Positions 21,519-28,496 of a stretch of DNA of 64,000 nucleotides are shown here, in pieces. Positions within the stretch are counted from its first letter, which is position 1, and every line of letters begins with the position of its first letter. The position numbers and the translations under genes were made by a program. The stretch is from an uncultured virus (IMG/VR IMGVR_UViG_2061766007_000883) (Duplodnaviria; Heunggongvirae; Uroviricota; Caudoviricetes), in the IMG/VR virus record IMGVR_UViG_2061766007_000883, one strand, 5' to 3'. The notes below the pieces were generated by a model. It was given only the letters and a program-made list of their open reading frames with translations. It searched no databases and was not told where the DNA came from.

Positions 21519-22883
21519 ATGTTGTACAAGGATGCGCTCAAGCAGTTACAGGAGCAAATGCTACAGGAAAAGACTGCCGCAGCCATACCAGGTCTTCCTG
21601 ACAGACGAGATATGGGCGATTTGTCTATGCTCCACGAGGACGACATCGCCACGCTTATCCGCCAGCTCCACCGTGCAAGACGCGCAGGCGTGCACGAGGA
21701 CCTTCGGCTCGGAGGCCCTGGAGGGCTTCTGTCTTGGGCGGTTCCGAAACAGCTTCCCACAGATGACGCAAAGCGCCTGGCCATACGCCAGCCTGTGCAT
21801 GATTGGAGCTACAAGGACTTCCATGGACGGCTACGTCAAGGCTACGGCAAGGGCACTGTCGAGAAGATGGAGGAATCCCCTGTCGTCATCCTCAAGAACT
21901 CAGGTGACCACATCATGTTCACCAGAGGAGACATGCGGGACGCGCCCATTTACAATCTACGGAAGACAAAGGACGACAACTGGTTGCTGTTCATCTCACG
22001 GAAAGGGCAGCCTGATGTCGTTCGCATGTACCCGAAAGAGCACTTCAAGTCCGTGCCGATGGACAAGGTGCCTGCACTCATAGCGAGCGGCGCGGCGGTT
22101 ACGCGCAAGATAGACGGTGCAGGTGCGTTGCTGTATCTTGGCGACCATGGAGCGGAGGCCTACGGCATACGGACTAATTCAAAGGGCGAGAAGCCGTCCT
22201 ACACGGACGCCATCGGCGGTCTGCGGTCGTTGAACATCCCGAAGGACTTGCGCGGGACGCTGTTGCGTGCGGAAGTGTTCGGCCAGCGTGCGGGACAATC
22301 CATCGGACCGAACGAGCTTGGCGGCATCCTGAACGCCACGACACGCAATGCGGTGTACAAGAAGCGCGGAGACGGCATACGCATGTTGCTGGCCGCGCTG
22401 GCTGTGCATCGGAATGGCGTGGACGACTATGACCCGAAGGCCGTGGAGGACATTGTGCGCCGTTTGGGCGCGGCGAACGTCATTCCTGTGACGCGGTACA
22501 CTGGCAAGGACGCGCTGGAGGCCATCGAGCGCATGCGCAACGGTGACGACACGCTCACGAACGAAGGCGTCGTCATCCATCAACCGGGACAGCGGCCACT
22601 GAAGGCGAAGTTCAAGGAGGACGCCGATGTTGTTATCCGCGATGTTTTCAAGGCAGGCGTTGGACCTGGCGTTCGCCCTAGGGCTGGCGGCTTTTCTTAT
22701 TCTCTACCTGGGTCGGACAAGGTGATTGGACGTGTAGGCACGGGATTCGACCACGCCATGTTGGAGGACATGCTTGCCAATCCTGACAGGTACGTCGGCA
22801 GGACTGCCCGCATCCAGTCACAGCAGCAGTACCCTAGCGGAGCGTACCGTGCTCCGAGTTTCATAGCGTTGAAGGAGGATTAA
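21519..22883 (+). CDS. LigD-type 3'-phosphoesterase domain fused to ATP-dependent DNA ligase
   Basis: PE motifs 'QLHRARRAGVHEDLRL', 'SWAVPK', 'KRLAI', 'GYGKGTV'; ligase motifs 'RKIDG', 'LRAEVF', 'NEGVVI', 'KAKF', OB-fold 'GRVGTGF...YRAPSF'. Confidence 0.85.
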   Translation: MLYKDALKQLQEQMLQEKTAAAIPGLPDRRDMGDLSMLHEDDIATLIRQLHRARRAGVHEDLRLGGPGGLLSWAVPKQLPTDDAKRLAIRQPVHDWSYKDFHGRLRQGYGKGTVEKMEESPVVILKNSGDHIMFTRGDMRDAPIYNLRKTKDDNWLLFISRKGQPDVVRMYPKEHFKSVPMDKVPALIASGAAVTRKIDGAGALLYLGDHGAEAYGIRTNSKGEKPSYTDAIGGLRSLNIPKDLRGTLLRAEVFGQRAGQSIGPNELGGILNATTRNAVYKKRGDGIRMLLAALAVHRNGVDDYDPKAVEDIVRRLGAANVIPVTRYTGKDALEAIERMRNGDDTLTNEGVVIHQPGQRPLKAKFKEDADVVIRDVFKAGVGPGVRPRAGGFSYSLPGSDKVIGRVGTGFDHAMLEDMLANPDRYVGRTARIQSQQQYPSGAYRAPSFIALKED

Positions 22884-24461
22884 ATGAAATACGCGGAAGC
22901 AGTGCGGATGATAAAGACCGCAGGAAGGTGGGATGGCGGTATGCGTGCTCTTATCGGTAAGCAGTTATGGTCGAATTTACGAGCCAAATTCCCTGCGTTG
23001 CCTAAAGACCCGTTGAAGGGACAAGGTAACAAGACCATTCTGCCTGTGCGGTTTACAAACGGGGTTGGATACTCTGACGCAATGAATCAAAGCCGCTCAC
23101 TTGTTCAACGCAACGGAAATAACTATGCGAATATAAAAGGAGTCATGAGACCAAGGTTCGGGGCCGGAGCCTACAGACCTGTTTATAATGGCTTTGATTA
23201 TATAAACAAAGCTGGACGACAATTTTACATAGATGTGGCGAACACGCCGATAAATAGAAACGCTGTGAACATGGTGGATCAAAATGGTATGTCCATATAC
23301 AGACAGCTTGTTGGAAACCCAGGCGGTGAACGGTTTGCCATGGTAGCAACGGAAGCTGCGCCTGACTTGACAGGTGATCCAAACTGGTGGGCGAAACGTG
23401 TTCCATGGCGAGACAAAGTAGGACGGCACATGTACCATGCAGCACCACCGGAGTATAATCTGGCAACACGCAAACCTACCATCGTAGCGAATGCCCCGGT
23501 ACGTATCGGGAACGATATTGTGAATAACACCAATGTATATGACCACAGAAGTGATGTTGTGGGTTTATGGCCCACTATAGACAGGACAAGTCAAGAAGTA
23601 TTGGATGACTTGCGGCGAGGTGCAGGCAATCGTGGATTCACTATCTATAGACATGGTATTGCTTCTCAACCATCCCAACGGTTCTCACATACTTACAAAG
23701 GCCAAAACAGCACATCTCAGATAGACGCGTCATCATTGGACCATACAGCATATGGAATGGATATGCCACCTGCCACAATGCAACATGAATTGACACATGC
23801 TATGCAAAATGGTCAGCCTGGACCCGATTTTCAATTATTCTCATATAGGCCAGATGCTACAGCATCCATCATGGGTATTGACACCTACGCGGTTTCGCCT
23901 GCAGAGGCACAACAGGCAGGTCTTGCCTATAAGATGGCAGTGCAAGCCGCTAGGCAATTATCGGACGAAGAACGTGTCAAGCTGTTTGGCGAGCAGGCGG
24001 CTCGTGTCAAGGCCATGAGCCCGTTCGCCACAGGAGACCGTAAATTCTACAGGGATTTGGAATTCCTTCGTCAGCATCCTGAAGTCGCCATGCAGTTAGG
24101 AAGTGAGACAGCGCGCCTAGTGTCCCGTTATGCTCACTTGAAGCAGCTTAAATGGGATATCAACAGACGTCTCGGTCTTATGAAGAAAGTCAACGGACCC
24201 ACAGCGGAAGCCATAGACAAGGCAAATGATTTTGTTCTTAGTGTACTGCTGGATGACGGCTCCTACGAGAGTATGAAAGCGGCCGATGCATTGGGAAAAC
24301 CGGATGCCGGATCGCTCCGGTATTTAAACAAGATACTTGAATCAAAAGGTAGAGCTTTACAGCACGGCTATGATGCCCTGGAAAAGGAAAAACAGGCAAT
24401 TGACCGCTTATATCCATTATTTTTCAGCCAGCACAAGCTGGCGTCAGGCAAGGCGAACTAG
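22884..24461 (+). CDS. Leader-bearing protein with HExxH zincin motif
   Basis: 'MKYAEAVRMIKTAG'; 'TMQHELTHAMQ...PAEAQQ'; noticeably more AT-rich than its neighbours. Confidence 0.7.
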   Translation: MKYAEAVRMIKTAGRWDGGMRALIGKQLWSNLRAKFPALPKDPLKGQGNKTILPVRFTNGVGYSDAMNQSRSLVQRNGNNYANIKGVMRPRFGAGAYRPVYNGFDYINKAGRQFYIDVANTPINRNAVNMVDQNGMSIYRQLVGNPGGERFAMVATEAAPDLTGDPNWWAKRVPWRDKVGRHMYHAAPPEYNLATRKPTIVANAPVRIGNDIVNNTNVYDHRSDVVGLWPTIDRTSQEVLDDLRRGAGNRGFTIYRHGIASQPSQRFSHTYKGQNSTSQIDASSLDHTAYGMDMPPATMQHELTHAMQNGQPGPDFQLFSYRPDATASIMGIDTYAVSPAEAQQAGLAYKMAVQAARQLSDEERVKLFGEQAARVKAMSPFATGDRKFYRDLEFLRQHPEVAMQLGSETARLVSRYAHLKQLKWDINRRLGLMKKVNGPTAEAIDKANDFVLSVLLDDGSYESMKAADALGKPDAGSLRYLNKILESKGRALQHGYDALEKEKQAIDRLYPLFFSQHKLASGKAN

Positions 24462-24484
24462 CAAACCAGTTACCAGACTGCAGG

Positions 24485-24517
24485 AACCCCGTGGAGCGCT
24501 CCACGGGGTTTTATTTT
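24485..24517 (+). terminator. Intrinsic terminator
   Basis: AACCCCGTGGAG/CTCCACGGGGTT stem followed by a T-rich tail. Confidence 0.8.
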
Positions 24518-24660
24518 CATGCAAGCCATGGTACTTGCATACGCTCAAAAGCAAGCCAAATCCATGGCATAATAACTTGGATACGTAAGTTCATTCCGCC
24601 CGATAAGCACGCATGGTCAGCGTGACACGGGCTAAAGTCTGTGCAACAAGGAGGTCTAAA

Positions 24661-25611
24661 ATGAACATGAATCGTATTAACAAAATGCTGGTCAGCATCC
24701 CGACAGTCAAGTTGCAATCCATGAATAAAGTGCTGGAGGTAAGCTATATGTCCTCCAACATAGGACTCATGAAGAAGGTAGACCCAGAAACTGGGCTGTC
24801 CATACAAGTCGCACTTGTAAATCTGGCCATGTGCCTCGCCACGTCCTCCAACGCCGTCGACACGGCAAAGGCGTTTGTGGAATTCCTGCGCAACGACGTG
24901 TTCCGTCGTTACGTACTGGTAACACAGCTACGCGAGACCTCGCAGGCGCCAAAGCTGCAGGCCGCCTGTGAGAAACTCCACTGGCCAGATGACATGGTGT
25001 ACGCCATGACACAGGCCAGCGCGGACTTGTTGACAGCCATTCCAACGGACGATGCCGAGGCACCTATTCGGTACGACACCATAGCAAATGCCCATTTCAG
25101 CATGGAGGTCGGCCAGAAAGTGCCGTTGGACTTGGCCGCACGGCTGGAACTGGTGCAGGACGCCCTGGCGAAATTCATGCCGCCAGCACCCGAACCGGAG
25201 CCGGAACCGTTGCCAGAGCCTGAACCGGAGCCTGTAGTTGAACCCGAACCAGCGGAGCCTGAGGTTGAGCTTCATCAAACGCTCGACAACGGGCAGAAGC
25301 TCGTGCGCGTCCGTACTCGCGCCGGAAATGTTCACTACATCGTAGTGGATGCTGACGTCGACATCCACACCGCCCCGGAGGTGTGGGATTTGATCGACAG
25401 GGATGAACTCCACCTGTCGGTCAATGTCACGACGGACAGGCTGCGCCGAACGACGGCTCTCAACAAGTACCTGGCCGAGGGCTGGTCGCCGGCCGATGTG
25501 GCGGAGCTCATGGGTGTGCCTAAGCACATCGTGACTAGCGACATCGCGCTACTGCGTAAGCTGGATCGGCTTGGGCCGACACCGGGCATACGACGCAGAC
25601 AGCACCGATAG
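24661..25611 (+). CDS. Protein with (PE)n linker and C-terminal HTH DNA-binding domain
   Basis: AAGGAGG RBS before ATG 24661; 'GWSPADVAELMGVPKHIVTSDIALL' HTH. Confidence 0.7.
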   Translation: MNMNRINKMLVSIPTVKLQSMNKVLEVSYMSSNIGLMKKVDPETGLSIQVALVNLAMCLATSSNAVDTAKAFVEFLRNDVFRRYVLVTQLRETSQAPKLQAACEKLHWPDDMVYAMTQASADLLTAIPTDDAEAPIRYDTIANAHFSMEVGQKVPLDLAARLELVQDALAKFMPPAPEPEPEPLPEPEPEPVVEPEPAEPEVELHQTLDNGQKLVRVRTRAGNVHYIVVDADVDIHTAPEVWDLIDRDELHLSVNVTTDRLRRTTALNKYLAEGWSPADVAELMGVPKHIVTSDIALLRKLDRLGPTPGIRRRQHR

Positions 25612-25618
25612 TCGGGAG

Positions 25619-25653
25619 AAGGCCCTGTGGAGTAATCCACGGGGCTTTCTTTT
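25619..25653 (+). terminator. Intrinsic terminator
   Basis: GGCCCTGTGGA/TCCACGGGGCT stem plus TTCTTTT. Confidence 0.75.
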
Positions 25654-25655
25654 AG

Positions 25656-25696
25656 TGCTTAAAAATACGTGTGATTACGGCAGTATACCATGAAGG
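25656..25696 (+). promoter_or_regulatory. Conserved phage promoter motif, copy 1
   Basis: TGCTTAA-N14-A(C/T)GGCARTATAMCATGAMGG with identical spacing in four copies. Confidence 0.75.
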
Positions 25697-25781
25697 TGAG
25701 TCTACAGCCTTCAACCCGTATCCCCTTACCATGGTCGAGTAAGGAAACGGTTCAGCCTAATAACAACAAGGAGGGCAAAAA

Positions 25782-26267
25782 ATGGACAACAATATGATTA
25801 AAGACCTGTTCGAGCTTATCAGCAAGAAATCACGTGAACAGGCGTGGCGCAAGCGCCACTTCGTCCATACGCGGTCGAAGCAACTGCTAATTGGACTGCT
25901 GTATGACGCCATCAACGACGTGTCCGACAACACGGTCGAAGCACGTATTGGACTATGGACGGCGTCGTTGACTAAAGTCGATATCAACACATACCGTGTT
26001 GAGTTCGGCAACGAGGGGAGAAACGGCACCCAGGCCGAGTTGCTCGACTGGATGACCGAAAGGTTGACGGAATACGAACACACGCTGAAGAAGTCGCATA
26101 TAGCAACTGTATTGGCGTTGACCTCCAGCCAGCTGTATGCTGATGTTGTGAACGTGAAGCTGGACGGCGTTCGGTACGAACTCTCCATGACAGATTGGAA
26201 ACAGCTCAAGGCCATGGCCGAGGAGGCTGACCGTCAGGCAGATGCCGAAATGGAGGCCGCCGACTAG
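25782..26267 (+). CDS. Hypothetical protein (single-gene cassette)
   Basis: AAGGAGG RBS; own promoter and terminator. Confidence 0.75.
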   Translation: MDNNMIKDLFELISKKSREQAWRKRHFVHTRSKQLLIGLLYDAINDVSDNTVEARIGLWTASLTKVDINTYRVEFGNEGRNGTQAELLDWMTERLTEYEHTLKKSHIATVLALTSSQLYADVVNVKLDGVRYELSMTDWKQLKAMAEEADRQADAEMEAAD

Positions 26268-26280
26268 CCTGAGCTAGCGG

Positions 26281-26313
26281 AAAGAAAGCTGGGAGAAATC
26301 CTAGCTTTCTTTT
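26281..26313 (+). terminator. Intrinsic terminator
   Basis: AAAGAAAGCTGGGA/TCCTAGCTTTCTTT stem. Confidence 0.75.
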
Positions 26314-26315
26314 AC

Positions 26316-26356
26316 TGCTTAAAAGAAAACGTTTTGATGGCAGTATACCATGAAGG
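26316..26356 (+). promoter_or_regulatory. Conserved phage promoter motif, copy 2
   Basis: TGCTTAAAAGAAAACGTTTTGATGGCAGTATACCATGAAGG. Confidence 0.75.
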
Positions 26357-26425
26357 ACAAATGTCTGTTCTTCCGGCCTAGTCAGCCGAGTAATAGCCAA
26401 ACAACAACAACAACAAGGAGTAACT

Positions 26426-26716
26426 ATGTTTGGAGCACCGACAATTGAAGAAATCTGTAATCAACCAGTTTTCAATCCACATAATGTGGAATGGTTGCAA
26501 ACGGATTCTGTTCTTCACTTGAACAAGAAATATGGGCACCTTCCAGTATCGACGTTCTTGCTGAAGCTCAAACTGACGGGGCTGGACGTCAGCTGCTGGA
26601 ATAAGATGACATCTGTTCCTCAGATTCTTGCAAGCCAGATGGACAATCCGTACCAAGGTGCGGATGAGAAAATCCAGAAAGTCCTGGATTGGTTTGAGGT
26701 GCAAGCCTTGAACTAA
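26426..26716 (+). CDS. Hypothetical protein (single-gene cassette)
   Basis: AAGGAG RBS after a CAA-repeat leader; own promoter and terminator. Confidence 0.7.
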   Translation: MFGAPTIEEICNQPVFNPHNVEWLQTDSVLHLNKKYGHLPVSTFLLKLKLTGLDVSCWNKMTSVPQILASQMDNPYQGADEKIQKVLDWFEVQALN

Positions 26717-26724
26717 TCCAAGAG

Positions 26725-26760
26725 AAGAAGGCGTCAGGGGCAACCCTGGCGTCTTCTTTT
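26725..26760 (+). terminator. Intrinsic terminator
   Basis: AAGAAGGCGTCAGGG-GCAA-CCCTGGCGTCTTCTTTT (GNRA loop). Confidence 0.8.
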
Positions 26761-26785
26761 AGTGTCTAAAAGAGGCTGTGAAAAG

Positions 26786-26826
26786 TGCTTAAAAACACCT
26801 TGTTTTATGGCAATATAACATGACGG
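26786..26826 (+). promoter_or_regulatory. Conserved phage promoter motif, copy 3 (upstream of the non-coding RNA)
   Basis: TGCTTAAAAACACCTTGTTTTATGGCAATATAACATGACGG. Confidence 0.75.
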
Positions 26827-27660
26827 GATTAATCTCCTGTCTCAAACCTGGAATGGTGTCTGTATCTCCACTATTTCCAGTACCAAGGTCCAACCAGCCT
26901 TGGTCAGTTGCTACCGGGTGTTACGGCGCATACAGGCGCTAGTATGCATGGCAGGGGTGTCTTCACATGAAGGCGTCCTAATCGGAGGTTTCTTCTGCCA
27001 TGAACCGGGACCTTATAGGAAAAATGCGTGCAAGGACTGCAAGAGCCTACACGCGGCCTTTGGGTGGTTCCCAGAGGTAAACCCTGACAGAGGGCGACAG
27101 TGTTTGCAGGCACTGTCAACATGCGCGTGGTCATATTCCGCTGCGCGCATGGTATGCCCCAATGGATGGAATACATGCAGGCGCTTTGCGCCCGTCGCAG
27201 TCGGTCAAGCACCTAACCGCTGCGACGTAGTATGGGGTGCCGGGCGTGAGGACAAGTGTGCCGGAACGCTGACGCGGTACTGGCCGGAAACGGTAAAGGC
27301 CGCACTGCCCTGTTAGCGCTTCTTGGGAGGTAATAGAAGCGCAACCTCCGTATGCAAGCGTGCCTCAGGCATGCGGAGTAGAGATGCACGCAACCCCACA
27401 GATTCTCCGGGGAATAGAGAGAATCATCCCGCATGTGCGCGTGCCTCAGGCATGCGGGAGCAGAGAAGCACGCAACCCAGTTATAGGCTCTGGGGAATCA
27501 AAAGCCATCCAGACAGCGTCAAGCGGCAGCGCGACAAGTCTGGTAGGAGCATCGAGGTCTGCCGGCCACGATGCCCCGCTTCAATCCCGCATACGAGACT
27601 TCGGTCCGTATGCGGTTTACATATATCAAAAGACGAACAGTATTGCACTGTTCTCTTTTA
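26820..27660 (+). ncRNA. Large (~800 nt) highly structured, pseudoknot-rich non-coding RNA of unknown class
   Basis: Promoter at the 5' end; no RBS-led ORF with phage codon bias; many long stems and loop-to-downstream pairings; cUUCGg-capped 3' hairpin (27587-27615); lies next to a tRNA. Confidence 0.65.
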
Positions 27661-27733
27661 GGTATAGTATGTGTGGACATGGATTTTCCTTGTTGCGTTC
27701 ATGTCCACAGCCGTCTGACCAACGGCATCCGAC

Positions 27734-27770
27734 AAGGGCTGCGTCTGGCGACAGACCAGCCCTTCTTTTT
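27734..27770 (+). terminator. Intrinsic terminator
   Basis: AAGGGCTG...CAGCCCTT stem plus CTTTTT. Confidence 0.65.
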
Positions 27771-27777
27771 ATTTTCT

Positions 27778-27851
27778 GCCCGGATAATTCAGTTGGAAAG
27801 AATGTCGACCCCCTAAGTCGAACGTCGCGGGTTCGAGCCCCGCTCCGGGTA
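27778..27851 (+). tRNA. trnR: tRNA-Arg (anticodon CCT), no encoded CCA
   Basis: Acceptor GCCCGGA/TCCGGGT, D arm ATTC/GAAT with GG and A20, anticodon stem TCGAC/GTCGA with loop CCCCTAA, T arm GCGGG-TTCGAGC-CCCGC, discriminator A. Confidence 0.9.
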
Positions 27852-27871
27852 CTATCAGGCTTTTCTTTTAC

Positions 27872-27912
27872 TGCTTAATTACAGCGGATATCATGGCAAT
27901 ATAACATGAAGG
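27872..27912 (+). promoter_or_regulatory. Conserved phage promoter motif, copy 4
   Basis: TGCTTAATTACAGCGGATATCATGGCAATATAACATGAAGG. Confidence 0.75.
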
Positions 27913-27973
27913 ATAATGTTTATTCTTCCGGCTAGGTCGGCCGTACGCAATGCCTAACAACAAGGAGACAACC

Positions 27974-28372
27974 ATGGCAAGTAAAAAGTACCATATCCCG
28001 CATGTCGGAAGCGTCTATCGTCCGTCCAAAAAACAGGCTATCTGTTTTGGTACCTACATCATCGACGGTGAAGAATGGACCGGCAATGTGTCCGTTCGTA
28101 TCGACACGCGTATCATGCGCAAGCAGGGCGTGTTCGAGGCGGCCCGCAGTGCGTTGGCGATTCGCATGCCCATGAAGGGCGACGCACTCGTAAACCTCGC
28201 CGAGGTCACATATGTGACGGACATGCCAGTCCGTTACTGGTTCACACGTCGTATGCGTAAAGCGGTGCGCATGCGCCGTAAGCATTGGACCAATCTTGAC
28301 GCGGACGACAAACAGCTAATCGCCAAAGGAGCTTCCATGGAAGCTACCGTTAGCCACTACGGTATTTACTAG
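27974..28372 (+). CDS. Hypothetical basic protein (single-gene cassette)
   Basis: AAGGAG RBS before ATG 27974; own promoter and terminator. Confidence 0.7.
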   Translation: MASKKYHIPHVGSVYRPSKKQAICFGTYIIDGEEWTGNVSVRIDTRIMRKQGVFEAARSALAIRMPMKGDALVNLAEVTYVTDMPVRYWFTRRMRKAVRMRRKHWTNLDADDKQLIAKGASMEATVSHYGIY

Positions 28373-28375
28373 GCG

Positions 28376-28415
28376 AAAAGAAAGGCGTGGGGCGAAAGCC
28401 CTGCGTCTTTCTTTT
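28376..28415 (+). terminator. Intrinsic terminator
   Basis: AAAAGAAAGGCGTGGGGC-GAAA-GCCCTGCGTCTTTCTTTT. Confidence 0.8.
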
Positions 28416-28496
28416 ACTGTGCAGTGGGTATCGTATCAGTTGTAGTAACGCCTGTGCTTACATAGAATGTAAGACACGCATCATGGTGTAAAGACA

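Noticed and set aside
23447..23459. CCGGAGTATAAT as a sixth palindromic site
   Set aside because: Only a half-site, inside a coding region, with the left arm missing.
27346..27480. Direct repeat GCGTGCCTCAGGCATGCGG as a CRISPR array
   Set aside because: Only two copies, the intervening sequence is itself structured and topologically repeated, and there are no cas genes in the window.
26820..27660. tmRNA, RNase P RNA, group I/II intron, or hammerhead/HDV-like ribozyme
   Set aside because: No tRNA-like ends or tag frame, no exact RNase P P4 motifs, no group II domain V, no flanking exons, and no complete ribozyme core found by eye. An Infernal search is needed to exclude divergent members.
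27778..27851. Amber-suppressor tRNA (CTA) and stop-codon recoding
   Set aside because: The central anticodon triplet is CCT; CTA is one base off-centre. TAG and TGA end genes at sensible boundaries and long ORFs are intact in code 11.
26900..27878. ORFs 26900..27316, 27323..27661 and 27360..27878 as proteins
   Set aside because: Non-ATG starts, no cassette-type AAGGAG leader, no genome-typical codon bias; they overlap dense RNA structure, a terminator and the tRNA.
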